64,000 nt of DNA from Anaerohalosphaeraceae bacterium (GCA_963675525.2 CAXXSL010000016.1:672001-736000), one strand, 5' to 3'; shown: positions 10,548 through 21,242, numbered from the stretch's first letter. Numbers and translations are program-made. Notes: generated from the sequence alone by a model not told the origin.

Positions 10548-11714
10548 TTATTTTGCAGAGAATTTATGAACAGTCGTTGTTGCGTATTTCTCTCCGGGAC
10601 GCAGCGTCGTTGTCGGAAAGCCGGGCTTATTGGGAGAATCCGGATAATGCTGGGTTTCCAGACAGAACCCGTAACGGTGATTGTAGACTTTACCCTCTTT
10701 GCCGGTCAGTGTGCCATCAAGGAAGTTGCCCGCATAGAACTGGAGACCGGGTTCGTTGGTATAAATCTTCATGATGCGTCCGGTTGTGGGCTCATAAACC
10801 TTCGCTGCCAGTGACATTTTGCTGCCCTTTTTGTTCAGGACCCAGTTGTGGTCGTACCCCAGACCGTACTCAAGTTGGGTATCGTCATTATTAATGCGGG
10901 CGCCAATGGCTGTCGATTTGGTAAAGTCAAACGGCGTTCCCGCCACCGGAGCGATCTGGCCGGTGGTGATCAGGCCAGAATCGACGGGTGTATAGGTGTC
11001 GGCATTGATCATGAGCTTGTGGCCGAGGATGTCGCCGTTGCCCTGGCCGGCAAGGTTGTAATAGTTGTGGTTGGTCAGATTGCACACGGTCGGCTTATCC
11101 GTGGTGGCTTCATAATGGATCTTCAGTTCGTCTTTATTGGTCAGCGTATAAGTAACCGTCATATCCAGATTGCCGGGGTAGCCTTCTTCCATATCCTTGC
11201 TGAGATAGTGCAGTTTGAGGCCGACGCTGCTGCTCGACTTGACAGGTTCGGCATCCCAGACGACTTTGTCAAAACCTTTCAGCCCGCCGTGCAAATGATT
11301 TTCATCGTTATTGGCAGCCAGCGTATACTCTTTGCCGTCGAGGGTGAATTTACCCTTGCCAATGCGGTTGCCGTAGCGGCCGATCAGGCAGCCGAAATAC
11401 GGGCTTTTTTCTTCATAGTCTTTGACATTGTCAAATCCGAGGAGAATATCGCCCAGTTTGCCGTCACGGTCCGGAACCCACAACTCGGTGACGGTTCCGC
11501 CGTAGTTGGTAATTTTAGCAACAAGACCGTTTGCATTGGTCAGCGTGTAAAGATCGGCCTTTTGGCCGTCTTTGGTTGTTCCGAAGTCAGCTTTTGTGAT
11601 GCTCATTGTTGCGCTTTTTGTCTTTGAATGGCTAAGACACTTACACCCCGTTAGAAAAACAAGCAAGCATACCAGGGTTACAAAAACAATGTGTTGAAAA
11701 TGGTTCTTTTTCAT
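10548..11714 (-). CDS. galM: Aldose 1-epimerase (galactose mutarotase family), predicted lipoprotein
   Basis: GRYGNRI, NHLHGG, GYPGNL, NLTNHNYYNL, GYDHNWVL, FCLETQHYPDSPN. Start moved to MKKNHF with lipobox LTGC. Confidence 0.93.
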   Translation of the reverse strand: MKKNHFQHIVFVTLVCLLVFLTGCKCLSHSKTKSATMSITKADFGTTKDGQKADLYTLTNANGLVAKITNYGGTVTELWVPDRDGKLGDILLGFDNVKDYEEKSPYFGCLIGRYGNRIGKGKFTLDGKEYTLAANNDENHLHGGLKGFDKVVWDAEPVKSSSSVGLKLHYLSKDMEEGYPGNLDMTVTYTLTNKDELKIHYEATTDKPTVCNLTNHNYYNLAGQGNGDILGHKLMINADTYTPVDSGLITTGQIAPVAGTPFDFTKSTAIGARINNDDTQLEYGLGYDHNWVLNKKGSKMSLAAKVYEPTTGRIMKIYTNEPGLQFYAGNFLDGTLTGKEGKVYNHRYGFCLETQHYPDSPNKPGFPTTTLRPGEKYATTTVHKFSAK

Positions 11715-11963
11715 GGCTTTGTCTCCTGTGTTTAAAATCTCTTTTTTCCTGTATCCGGTCATTAGAGTCCCATCGCTAAGGATCATATACGTTTAGCATA
11801 ACCGGTTTTTATCCAATGAGCAAGTAGTGATTGATCGATAAAATCAAAAACATTTCCAGGTCGTTTTGAAGTCGGAGGGGGTTGCAGGGATGCATTTTTC
11901 CCCTCGAATCGCCGCGGCCGGAGGATACAGTGTTTGCTGCCCCGCTCCACTAACAAACGCAAT

Positions 11964-12001
11964 AAAAAAGGCCGGACCCTGGTTATAGGGCCCGGCTTTT
12001 G
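11964..12001. terminator. Intrinsic terminator after the GH2 gene
   Basis: aaaaaag-gccggaccct-ggttat-agggcccggc-tttt. Confidence 0.75.
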
Positions 12002-12029
12002 TAAACTCGTATAACTGCTCTTTTATGTA

Positions 12030-14591
12030 TTATCTGGTTTTTACCAGAACGACATAGTCAAGCGTTTGCCCAGGAATAACTACACTATCACCGGCCTCGA
12101 CCGTACGGCTCATTAATCCGTAATCGCCCAACCAGAGACTATGCCGGCGCCAAGTGCCTTTAATACCGGTATCTTTAAAGCCGGTCTTTTCAAGGCTATC
12201 CTGAAATGCTTTCGCCGTTTTTATCAAAGCGTCATAGGGCTTATCAAGTGTATGAGCCGGGAATGTGCCGGTTTCGTACATCACATACACGGTTGCCGGT
12301 CTTGTCACACGGAAACCCAAATCGGTTTTATTCTTTTCGTCGCTAAGTCGCTTGGTAGCGATCCAGAAAGCCCCCTCGACTGGTTTTGGAAGAACATCAA
12401 ATGTATTATCGGACGAGCCGTCAACTTCGGTATAAAACGGGCCTTGAGATTCAACCGGGCGGTCGATGAAGATAGCCGGATTGTTCTCATTGGAGCTCTT
12501 TAAATCCACCACAAGACTGTCTTTGGGAACCGGCATTGCGCCATCGGAAGCCTTTTGATAAATGACCATCGATTCGGAATTGCCCTGATTGTCCCGCACT
12601 TCAACAACGTTTTTGCCCGGACTCAGAGTCGCTTTCCAGAAAAACACATTGTTGATCATAGGCCCCTTAACAACCTGGTCTTTATCCTTCACTTTCATCG
12701 TCGAATCAGAATGTGCATAGTCGCCGTTCTTCTTGACACCCTGAGAAACCCCATTGATGAACAGTTCCACTTCTTTTGCGTTGGAATAGGCCTTAATACC
12801 ATTGTCCGGGTCGAACTGACGATAAAAATGGTGCCGTCCGCAAAGATGCAGAACCGGGTCATCCGGACGCATGAAAGAACGATAGTGATAATAAAAATCT
12901 TTGGGCATTCCGTTGAGCGTAAGGATGCCCTTGGTGTTTCGATTCTTTTTAAACTTTAAATTGTAAAATTCACGGTAATTCCACCACAGAAACATCTTAT
13001 GTGCGGAAGGATTATTGCGGAAGATCGTTTGGAAACGGAATTCCGCAACAAGCTCGTTGTATTCTTCCGGCTCAAACCAGTCAACGTTCCAGCGTATCGT
13101 TCCATAAGGAATGTGATGAGTGATCCATGACCCCGAACCGGTTTCCGAGATAAAGGCATTCTGTGGAAGTTTCTTAAAGCTTGTGTAATGATCATAATAC
13201 CAGCCCTGATAGGTATTGCCGGCGACAAAATCGACATTGGTCGGCGTCTCACCCGCCGAAGCATAGGTGATCAGACGACTCTTATCTTCCTGGCGAATGA
13301 TGTCCGCATAATGAGAGGCCACTTCCTGATACGTTTCATTGCCGCTGCTCCAGAATACAATACTGGGATGGTTCCAGTTCTGGCGAACCATTTCGCGGGT
13401 GATGCGTTCGCCGTCAGCATTGGGTTTGGTTTCGCGCTTAACCCCTTTATCCCACTTCTGTCCGGCCAGGCCGTTTTCCGCCCAAATAGCAATGCCGTTT
13501 TCATCGGCCAGATTGTATTCAAAGCGGCGGTGCGGATAGTGAGCCAGACGTACAGTATTGCAGCCCAGATCCATTATGCCTTTCCACTCGTCAAGGAAAT
13601 CTTCATCGGTCATCGCGTTCCACTGATGTTCACCCTGATGATGTTTACAAACGCCGCGAGCCAGCAGTTCTTTGCCATTGATCAAGAAGCACCCGTCTTT
13701 CATTTCGACTGTACGAAAACCCGTCCGCTCGGTCAGGGCGTCCACAATCTTTCCATCGACCAGCACTTTCGTTTGAACGGTGTACAGGTTGGACTGTTGA
13801 ATATTCCATAACTTGGGGGAGGCGATCACATGCGTCGCCGTCACAGGTTCGGTTGTCCCGCCGGCAATCGTGCTTTTAACATCGAATGCAGCACATTCCT
13901 TTCCGTCCGGTCCCGTCACGGTATGGCGTACCACGATATCGGCAACACCCACAAGATTATTTCTCACATACGTCTTCACTTCCAGGTCAACGCTGTTCTT
14001 GGTAATGTTTTTCGGTGTCAGGTAAACACCGGTCGATCCCATGTCCGGGAAAATGTGCACCGCACCCGTCTTGATAAGCCACACAGGACGGTAAAGCCCG
14101 CCGTTCGTATAATAAAGGTTGGACTGGGATAAACAATTGACTGCTTCAGTGTCACGATTGGTCACACGGATCACCAGGTCATTGTCCTGTCCGAATTTTA
14201 CGGCATCTGTCAGGTCGAATGCTGCCGCGGTAAAGGCTCCCTTATGTTGCCCGACATGCTGACCATTCACAAAAACATCCGCAACCGAACCGGCACCCTC
14301 TAAAAACAGACCGAAGCGTTTATCTTTTTCGGTTTCCTCTGCCTTCAACGTTGTGCGATACCAGCCGGCGGATTGCTCCGGCAGTCCGGAAAGCCGAAAG
14401 ACATGAGGAATGCTCAATTCGGTCCACTCGGCTTCCTGAGGAATCACCAACTCCGATCCTTCCGGGGAAGTATCCTGACAAAACTGCCATGTCTCAAGAC
14501 CGATTTTTTCTCGAGGTTCAACCGCATCCAGGCGGCTGCACCCAAAACACAAGCTTAATACAGCCAACAATAAGACGTATAAATTCTTCAT
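12030..14591 (-). CDS. Glycoside hydrolase family 2 (TIM barrel), predicted lipoprotein
   Basis: GWYR, VFVNGQHVGQHKGAFT, GGLYRPVWL, GFRTVE, NTVRLAHYP, NHPSIVFWSSGNE, ISETG. Start at MKNLYV, lipobox CFGC. Confidence 0.9.
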   Translation of the reverse strand: MKNLYVLLLAVLSLCFGCSRLDAVEPREKIGLETWQFCQDTSPEGSELVIPQEAEWTELSIPHVFRLSGLPEQSAGWYRTTLKAEETEKDKRFGLFLEGAGSVADVFVNGQHVGQHKGAFTAAAFDLTDAVKFGQDNDLVIRVTNRDTEAVNCLSQSNLYYTNGGLYRPVWLIKTGAVHIFPDMGSTGVYLTPKNITKNSVDLEVKTYVRNNLVGVADIVVRHTVTGPDGKECAAFDVKSTIAGGTTEPVTATHVIASPKLWNIQQSNLYTVQTKVLVDGKIVDALTERTGFRTVEMKDGCFLINGKELLARGVCKHHQGEHQWNAMTDEDFLDEWKGIMDLGCNTVRLAHYPHRRFEYNLADENGIAIWAENGLAGQKWDKGVKRETKPNADGERITREMVRQNWNHPSIVFWSSGNETYQEVASHYADIIRQEDKSRLITYASAGETPTNVDFVAGNTYQGWYYDHYTSFKKLPQNAFISETGSGSWITHHIPYGTIRWNVDWFEPEEYNELVAEFRFQTIFRNNPSAHKMFLWWNYREFYNLKFKKNRNTKGILTLNGMPKDFYYHYRSFMRPDDPVLHLCGRHHFYRQFDPDNGIKAYSNAKEVELFINGVSQGVKKNGDYAHSDSTMKVKDKDQVVKGPMINNVFFWKATLSPGKNVVEVRDNQGNSESMVIYQKASDGAMPVPKDSLVVDLKSSNENNPAIFIDRPVESQGPFYTEVDGSSDNTFDVLPKPVEGAFWIATKRLSDEKNKTDLGFRVTRPATVYVMYETGTFPAHTLDKPYDALIKTAKAFQDSLEKTGFKDTGIKGTWRRHSLWLGDYGLMSRTVEAGDSVVIPGQTLDYVVLVKTR

Positions 14592-14970
14592 ACCGGACTC
14601 CCTTGTAAAATCTAAGATAATAAGATGTAAATAAACCGTACTGTTAAGATAAATTCCTCTGAACAAACTATCCGTTATTCCTAATTATTCAGAAACCGCC
14701 GGTTCTCTGAGTTGGTACAAGGATATGAAATTCATGACAAAATGCAAGCCCTTTTGAACAAAACACCGGTTTTTTAAATGATATTGCATATCGCCGCTTT
14801 TAGCTTGCGGGCTTTATCTCAGCATCTTCAGGAAGTTTATACCTTCCGTCTTTATATTGATTCTTCTCGTTCCACATCCAGACGGTGGCGGGGATCAGCG
14901 GTTGAAGCCGGTCGGTGTTTTAAGGGTTATTGGCGAAGGAATATGCAGTTATTGAAGGCGTGTAGGCCGT

Positions 14971-15004
14971 AAAAAAAGACAGCCGGGGGTGACCGGCTGT
15001 CTTT
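14971..15004 (-). terminator. Intrinsic terminator of the rha operon
   Basis: aaaaaaagacagccgg-gggtga-ccggctgtcttt. Confidence 0.8.
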
Positions 15005-15031
15005 GTCGCATTGTTAATATACATTCGGCTG

Positions 15032-15223
15032 TTATTCGGCGGCTTTTTCCTCACGCCACATCCAGAGGGGGGCTGCAATGAACCAGAGGACGGTTGCTAC
15101 CAGCATGATGGTTTTGACGGTGTCCAGTGTCATTTTGTCCGCCAAATATAATATTGACGGAACGATCAGTACTACCAGCATCAGCAATGCGAAAGATTTA
15201 GCAAAGTGTCTCATTTTTATCAT
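15032..15223 (-). CDS. Small two-helix membrane protein
   Basis: 63 aa, two hydrophobic segments, 3 nt after the permease stop, followed by the terminator. Confidence 0.75.
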   Translation of the reverse strand: MIKMRHFAKSFALLMLVVLIVPSILYLADKMTLDTVKTIMLVATVLWFIAAPLWMWREEKAAE

Positions 15224-15226
15224 CCT

Positions 15227-16732
15227 TTATTGAATAGCGGGACGGATTTTCTTTTGGTAGAAAATACTCAGTACAATGTACAGGGCCGCCGTCATAAACC
15301 AACCCGGCAGCGATACGAAATAAATCTGGATGGTGAAGGTATCTTTGAGCCACTGAACCCTGTCACCATCGGTCAGGATGTTCCACTGAACCAGCAAATC
15401 GACAATCACGCTGAACTTAACCAGAATAATACATACGATCAAAGTAACAAAGTAGGCAAAGAAAGCTGCCATGTTAAATTTCTTGCCGCTTAATTCGGCA
15501 TACCCGCTCTTGAGGCCCAACTTTTTAATAAGCCAGAAATCGATGAAGATAATCGCCCCCATCGGCATCAGCAACAGTCCGTAAAACGCCACAAAATCCA
15601 GCAGTTTCATCGCAAACCATGGGAACATCGCGGCGACTGTAGCGATCAGCCCGGTGATGAGCGTTACGATGAAGCGGGAGGTTTTCGGGATAATCGCCTG
15701 AAACGCCAGACCCGCCCGATAGATCGTGGGGTTGGCGGTGGTCCAGCCGGCGATGATGACGCAAATTAAGCCCGCGATACCGCAGGCACGATAAGCCAGC
15801 GGCCCCGGCAGCACGGACGTGTCGGATGGATCCAGGTGAAGCTGATAGGCGAACAGGATTGAAGCGGATATCCATGCCATGAAGTGACCGACGTACATGC
15901 CCGCCCCGGAGGCAATTGAGTACCAGCTCTTTTTGGCAAATCGCAGAACCGACAAATCACTCATCCCGATGTGCATCGCCATATTGCAGAACCAACCGAA
16001 GAACATCACATGCCAGAAGGTGAACTTGACCTGTCCTTCGAGCGGCTCGCCGCCTTTCCACATATGCGTTTGTGCCAACGACCACAGGTCGCCCACTGAA
16101 TGAATCTCGGTACCGGTAGCGGTCATAAAATTGCGAAGGCCCACAAAACCGAATGCCAGGAACACCAGTACCATCCACGGCGCGGCGATATTGGCAAATC
16201 GGGCCACGATTCGGTAACCGGCGGCTGCAACCACGGCGATTAGTGAACCGGCAGCAAACACCGCGAGCACCCAGCCGACACTGTTCGGATAGTAATCCGT
16301 CAGCCCGGGCATGGGAAATTTAAACCAAACACCGATTGCGGTTGCCGAGACGGTAATCATGGCACCTGCTAAGAAGCAGAACATCACACCGTTGGCCAGA
16401 TTATACAGAATGACAAGATGTCGACCACAGATTTTTTCGGCTTGATAGTACATAGTCAGTCTTGCACGCGTGGCGATGGGGGCACACACCAGCATCCAGC
16501 TCAGGACGGCCAGTGCATTACCGACCAGCAGGCCGACGATCAGGTCAAATGCACTGACGCCGGCGGCCACGAAGAGGGGGCCAAGCATCAGTTCGGTTCC
16601 GGCACAGTGCTCCCCGGCATACATACCGACGAAACTTTTAAAGCCGAGCAGCGCGTTTTGCGGTACGGGCTGGCGTTCAAATTCGCCGGTTGCCTGCTGC
16701 TGACTCTGTTCTGCCTGCGATTCCTGTGACAT
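15227..16732 (-). CDS. NCS1 / purine-cytosine permease family transporter
   Basis: About 12 TM segments; EFERQPVP, GEHCAGTE, GWTTANPTIY; GGAGG RBS. Confidence 0.8.
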   Translation of the reverse strand: MSQESQAEQSQQQATGEFERQPVPQNALLGFKSFVGMYAGEHCAGTELMLGPLFVAAGVSAFDLIVGLLVGNALAVLSWMLVCAPIATRARLTMYYQAEKICGRHLVILYNLANGVMFCFLAGAMITVSATAIGVWFKFPMPGLTDYYPNSVGWVLAVFAAGSLIAVVAAAGYRIVARFANIAAPWMVLVFLAFGFVGLRNFMTATGTEIHSVGDLWSLAQTHMWKGGEPLEGQVKFTFWHVMFFGWFCNMAMHIGMSDLSVLRFAKKSWYSIASGAGMYVGHFMAWISASILFAYQLHLDPSDTSVLPGPLAYRACGIAGLICVIIAGWTTANPTIYRAGLAFQAIIPKTSRFIVTLITGLIATVAAMFPWFAMKLLDFVAFYGLLLMPMGAIIFIDFWLIKKLGLKSGYAELSGKKFNMAAFFAYFVTLIVCIILVKFSVIVDLLVQWNILTDGDRVQWLKDTFTIQIYFVSLPGWFMTAALYIVLSIFYQKKIRPAIQ

Positions 16733-16771
16733 TTTAGATCCTCCAATGAGTTTTTTGAATCCTGTTTTTAA

Positions 16772-18040
16772 TCACACACGATGATTGAGAACATCCTTTT
16801 CGTACTGCCGGACCTCGTCAAACCAAGCCATGCCGACCGGCGTACCCTGTTTCATACAGTAATAATCCCAGACCGCCGCCCACGGCAGTGATTTCAGCTC
16901 TTCAAATATAACTAACCGCTGTGTAAAGTCCATATTTAATTCGGCGGACCGTAGTGTTTCGATAGGTTCGAGCATGGCAAATAACAACGCCTTAACCATA
17001 TTGCGTGTTCCAATAACCCATGCAGCAACCCGGTTGATACTGGCATCGAAGAAATCCAGCCCGATATGGACTTTGTTGAGTCTGCCGCTGCGAACCAGTT
17101 CTTTGGCGATCTGCTGCAGCTCGTCATCAAAGCAAACCACGTGGTCACTGTCCCAGCGAACCGGCCGGCTGACATGCAGCAGCAACTCCGGACAGAACAT
17201 CATCACGGAGGAAATCTTCTCTGAGATCATCTCGGTCGGATGATAGTGCCCGGCGTCCAGACATAAGAGCTTCTGCCGCGATACCGCATAGCCCATATAG
17301 TATTCGTGTGAGCCGACGGTATAGCTTTCACCGCCGATTCCGAACAGTTTGGATTCCACCGCATCCAGATGCAGCTTGGGGTCGATCTTTTCGGCGAAGA
17401 TCGTGTCCAGTGAATCGGTCAGTCGCTGACGCGGCGACACCCGGTCGACAGGTGTATCTTTGTAGGAGTCCGGGATCCAGAAATTCGTCACCGTCGTTGT
17501 GTCGAATTGTCTGCCCATTTCAGCGCCGATCTTCCGGCAGGCAATCCCGTGTTCGATCCAGAAATTACGAATACCTTGATCGGAGTGGCTCAGCGTAAAG
17601 CCATCCGCGGCCTTGTCATGCGAAAAGTAGGTCGGGTTAAAATCCATCCCGTGCAGTTTGCCTTTGCCCCAGTCGATCCAGCTTTGAAAATGTTCCGGCT
17701 TTATCTCGTTGCGGTCAACAAATGTACCCCCGTTGTCGAGATAGCAAGCGTGAAGGTTCAGGCGATGTGTGCCGGGAATCAGCGACAGGGCCTTTTCGAT
17801 ATCACCGCGAAGCTCGTCAATCGTGCGTGCCTTGCCGGGATAGTTGCCTGTCGCCTGAATCCCGCCGGACAGTTCCGAACCGCCGACGTGCTCATAGCCG
17901 CCAACGTCATCGCCCTGCCAGCAATGCATCGAGACGGGAACGGTTGCCAGTTGTTTCATCGCTGCTTCGGTATCAACGCCAATCGCCGCATACTGATCTT
18001 TCGCGATCTGGTATGCCTGCTCAATTTTTTTCTGGTCCAT
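16772..18040 (-). CDS. rhaA: L-rhamnose isomerase
   Basis: [64 protein letters not shown]. Start at MDQKKI. Confidence 0.97.
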   Translation of the reverse strand: MDQKKIEQAYQIAKDQYAAIGVDTEAAMKQLATVPVSMHCWQGDDVGGYEHVGGSELSGGIQATGNYPGKARTIDELRGDIEKALSLIPGTHRLNLHACYLDNGGTFVDRNEIKPEHFQSWIDWGKGKLHGMDFNPTYFSHDKAADGFTLSHSDQGIRNFWIEHGIACRKIGAEMGRQFDTTTVTNFWIPDSYKDTPVDRVSPRQRLTDSLDTIFAEKIDPKLHLDAVESKLFGIGGESYTVGSHEYYMGYAVSRQKLLCLDAGHYHPTEMISEKISSVMMFCPELLLHVSRPVRWDSDHVVCFDDELQQIAKELVRSGRLNKVHIGLDFFDASINRVAAWVIGTRNMVKALLFAMLEPIETLRSAELNMDFTQRLVIFEELKSLPWAAVWDYYCMKQGTPVGMAWFDEVRQYEKDVLNHRV

Positions 18041-18074
18041 GTGTTTATTCTCCTGCAACTTTTGAGTTGATTGA

Positions 18075-18479
18075 TTATTCTTCATCGACGGGAAATCCCA
18101 TCGTTGACAAAAAAGCCATGTTCTTCTGCGTTGTATCCAGCCGAGACATTTGAACAACAACAGGCTCACTGCTGTTGACAATCAACGAATACGGCTTTCC
18201 TCTCGGGATGGCCGGTTGCCCATGCATTTTAAGCTCATCCATTCTTAAATGGCAACTTCGTTGTGCCGTAACGCAAACATCTTCCACAAATACCGGGTCG
18301 TCATCTTCAAAATAGATCGACAGCGTGATTTTCACGTCATTCGGCCCGGTATTTAAAACGCAGATACATTCGTGCGACAGATAGCCGCTTCGATTCTGCT
18401 TGTCGTTATCCGTAATTTGAGGGATATAACCATCGGGGACAATCCAGCATGTCCTGCCAAACGCTTTCTTTGTTTTCAT
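18075..18479 (-). CDS. Anabaena sensory rhodopsin transducer (ASRT) family protein
   Basis: [48 protein letters not shown]. Confidence 0.85.
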   Translation of the reverse strand: MKTKKAFGRTCWIVPDGYIPQITDNDKQNRSGYLSHECICVLNTGPNDVKITLSIYFEDDDPVFVEDVCVTAQRSCHLRMDELKMHGQPAIPRGKPYSLIVNSSEPVVVQMSRLDTTQKNMAFLSTMGFPVDEE

Positions 18480-18498
18480 AAGTCTTCTCCGGTTTCTG

Positions 18499-19968
18499 CT
18501 AAATATTTTTTAGTTTCATAAACCGGTCATACTGCTGATCCCAAACCAATGTATCGCGCGGCTGATAGGTTTCCATTGGAAAGGACTGGCGAATGATCTG
18601 CCGTCCCTCAGCAAGCGATCCGATGTGGCCCATGCCGATAGCCTGCATGATAATGTTGCCGACAACGGTTGCTTCGACAGGTCCGGTGATGACCGGCACG
18701 CCCGTAGCCTCAGCGGTCAGTATGTTCAGCAGCTTGTTCTGTGTGCCGCCGCCGACAATATAAAGCTTATCAAATGTTGTGTTATAGATTTCACAAAGCT
18801 GATGCATGACCAGCCGGTACTGCATGGCTAAACTTTCCAAGCAGCAGCAGATATAAGCCCCTTTCGAGGCGGGAACGGGTTGGCCCGTTTGCCGGCAAAA
18901 GTCCGCGATGGCTTCGGTCATTGAAAGCGGGTTCATAAACACATCCCGATCCGGGTCGATCAGGCTGACAAAAGCGGGTGCTTCAGCGGCCAGTTCGGTC
19001 AGTGTGCCGTAATCGGTATCGTCGCCAAACGCCGCTCGGCAGCGCTGCACCAGCCATAATCCCATGATATTTTTCAAGAACCGGATGGTATTAAAAACAC
19101 CGCCTTCATTGGTGAAGTTGTATTCAAATGCCTTCGGCGACGAAACGGGACTTTCAGCTTCGATACCCATCAACGACCATGTTCCGGAGCTGATGAACGC
19201 CCAGTTTTCTCCTTCGGCCGGAACCGCCGCCACAGCGGATGCCGTATCATGGGTTCCCGGAGCGATGACCGGCACCGGCCCTAGGCCGGTGATTGTCTGC
19301 AATTGTTCGGTCAACGGGCCGATGACAGTGCCCGGCGTGATCAGGTTGTGCATGATCTCCGTCGAAACACCGATGGCTTCAAACAATTCTGTATCCCACG
19401 TGCGGGTTTTAACATTCAAACCCTGCGTGGTTGAGGCATTGGTATATTCGTTGGTGATCTTGCCGGTGAACAAATAATGGAAGTAATCCGGGATCATCAG
19501 GAAATGTTTGGCGTTCTTTAAGGCTTCGCTTTTTTGTTCGGCCATCGCCAGGAGCTGATAGATGGAGTTGAACTTCATAAACTGGATGCCGGTTTTATCA
19601 TAAACCTTTTCGGCCGGCATCCGCTTAAAAAGCGTTTCCATCATCCCGTTGGTCCGGTCGTCACGGTATGCAACAGGCAGTCCCATCAAAGACTCATCTT
19701 CTGCCAGCAAAGCAAAATCGACGCCCCATGAATCCACGCCGATACTTTCGATCGGCACATCTGACTTGGCACAGATCTTGAACGCTTCGATCATCGCTTC
19801 ATATAGACGGATCAGGTTCCAGTGATAATGGCCTCCAATCGGAACCATGCCGTTCGGAAAACGATTGATCTCTTCCAAATGCAGTTTGCCGTCTGCCAGA
19901 ATGCCTTTTACAACACGCCCGCTTTCAGCTCCCAGATCGATGGCGGCGTATGCGTGGTTTTGTCCCAT
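18499..19968 (-). CDS. rhaB: Rhamnulokinase (FGGY family)
   Basis: AIDLGAESGR, GVDSWGVDF, HDTASAVAAVP, SSGTWSLMG, TNEGG, LKNIMGLW. Confidence 0.95.
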   Translation of the reverse strand: MGQNHAYAAIDLGAESGRVVKGILADGKLHLEEINRFPNGMVPIGGHYHWNLIRLYEAMIEAFKICAKSDVPIESIGVDSWGVDFALLAEDESLMGLPVAYRDDRTNGMMETLFKRMPAEKVYDKTGIQFMKFNSIYQLLAMAEQKSEALKNAKHFLMIPDYFHYLFTGKITNEYTNASTTQGLNVKTRTWDTELFEAIGVSTEIMHNLITPGTVIGPLTEQLQTITGLGPVPVIAPGTHDTASAVAAVPAEGENWAFISSGTWSLMGIEAESPVSSPKAFEYNFTNEGGVFNTIRFLKNIMGLWLVQRCRAAFGDDTDYGTLTELAAEAPAFVSLIDPDRDVFMNPLSMTEAIADFCRQTGQPVPASKGAYICCCLESLAMQYRLVMHQLCEIYNTTFDKLYIVGGGTQNKLLNILTAEATGVPVITGPVEATVVGNIIMQAIGMGHIGSLAEGRQIIRQSFPMETYQPRDTLVWDQQYDRFMKLKNI

Positions 19969-19984
19969 CCGATATCTCCCTCAA

Positions 19985-21058
19985 CTAATTTTCCATTTGT
20001 TTTTTCCGGTATGATTCCACTTCCCAGTTTTCAATAAATTCACGCGCCCCGTCAGTCATGTAGTCGATCCCGCCAAAGCCTTGAGCCAGTTTTTGCACCA
20101 GCGCGCCGTCCTGTGCCAGTTCAAGCGATAATCCTGCACCTTTTGCATTTTCCGCAACACCAAAAATACAATCGGCAAAAGCGATCACCTGCGGCAAATA
20201 CCCATGTTTAGTCTTAAAATCAGCAATCCCTGAAACCGTCGGTTCACCCTCAAACGGGTACGACTTAGAATAGACAATATGATCGGGAGAAATCGGCCCT
20301 GTTGCATAATCAAAAGCGCCGGATGCGGCGATGCACAAATCGGGGTTCTGCATAGCATCGCGAATGGTCTGCTCGGCAGATTCAATTTTATTCTCAGGTA
20401 ACGGTGCAATGTCCAGTTCCGTTGAAATCCCGGCTTGATCATAATGGGCTTTCAGCCTGGATTGAATGTCAGCATAGATCGCTCGAATATCCTCGGGCAT
20501 ATCGGCAGCGACAAAAACTCCGTGATTCTTCAGCAGAATGACTTGCGGCTGTTTACCGTTGACCTTTTCGTAATCCTGTATTTCTTTTCTGACCCGCATA
20601 CAGAGTGTATAACCGGGATCAATATAGCCCAGCCAGAGAGCTTGCGGAAAGAGTTCTTTGGCCGCCGCTTTCCCGTTTTTCGAACACGTCATCCCGTTGA
20701 CAACAGCCGGATGTGTATGAACGACATAACGAGCCTGCAGTGAATCATGCAAGGGTGCCTCAACAGAGGCACGTCCCGAAGTATCCGGCAGGACAGACTG
20801 CTCCATCATTCGCTTAACAAGGGCTTCACGCCCCGAAGAATCTGCCGGCGGCTCAATATGATACAACTCAGAAAGCTTTTTTCTGTCAATCGCAACAAAA
20901 GCCTCAGGGGTTAATCCCGCAAGCGTTGTTCCGGAGGGTTTAACCCAAAGTGTGTGTTCGTCTTTGCAGGAAGTATTGCCGCCGCCGCCGCGAACAAAAT
21001 CATCTGATCCGAATTCATGTGATAACTGGGTAATTGTATGCAAAATACTCAAAACCAC
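19985..21058 (-). CDS. Class II aldolase/adducin family protein (probable rhamnulose-1-phosphate aldolase)
   Basis: GGGGNTSCK, VKPSG, ASVEAPLH, VVHTHP, LKNHGVFV, NWEVESYR; first gene of the rha operon. Confidence 0.8.
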   Translation of the reverse strand: MVLSILHTITQLSHEFGSDDFVRGGGGNTSCKDEHTLWVKPSGTTLAGLTPEAFVAIDRKKLSELYHIEPPADSSGREALVKRMMEQSVLPDTSGRASVEAPLHDSLQARYVVHTHPAVVNGMTCSKNGKAAAKELFPQALWLGYIDPGYTLCMRVRKEIQDYEKVNGKQPQVILLKNHGVFVAADMPEDIRAIYADIQSRLKAHYDQAGISTELDIAPLPENKIESAEQTIRDAMQNPDLCIAASGAFDYATGPISPDHIVYSKSYPFEGEPTVSGIADFKTKHGYLPQVIAFADCIFGVAENAKGAGLSLELAQDGALVQKLAQGFGGIDYMTDGAREFIENWEVESYRKKQMEN

Positions 21059-21137
21059 GCCCTTAACTTAAGTATTCACAATGATTGGCGATTCGCCGAA
21101 ATTATAACCTAATTAAAAGCAAGAAAAAGCCCTATTA

Positions 21138-21166
21138 TGCGACAATATATTGTTTTTTTTGCGTCA
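21138..21166. promoter_or_regulatory. Candidate AraC-family operator, direct repeat TGCGACA-N15-TGCGTCA
   Basis: Imperfect direct repeat with a 22-bp period in the divergent rha/AraC intergenic region. Confidence 0.45.
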
Positions 21167-21242
21167 CTTCCTCTTGATTTTGCCTGTACAAACACATAGA
21201 GTGTTAGCTTGAAAAACTCTGTTTCAATAATGAAAACAAATA

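Noticed and set aside
10848..11627. 259 aa plus-strand ORF, and similar ones at 47154-48059, 54034-54873 and 60012-60743
   Set aside because: Each lies opposite a well-supported gene and is explained by codon bias.
14891..14926. 13-mer gggatcagcggtt plus tcggtgt..aagggt shared with 43517-43583, both upstream of sugar genes
   Set aside because: A 13-mer match is expected by chance in 64 kb and the block spacing differs; insufficient without comparative data.
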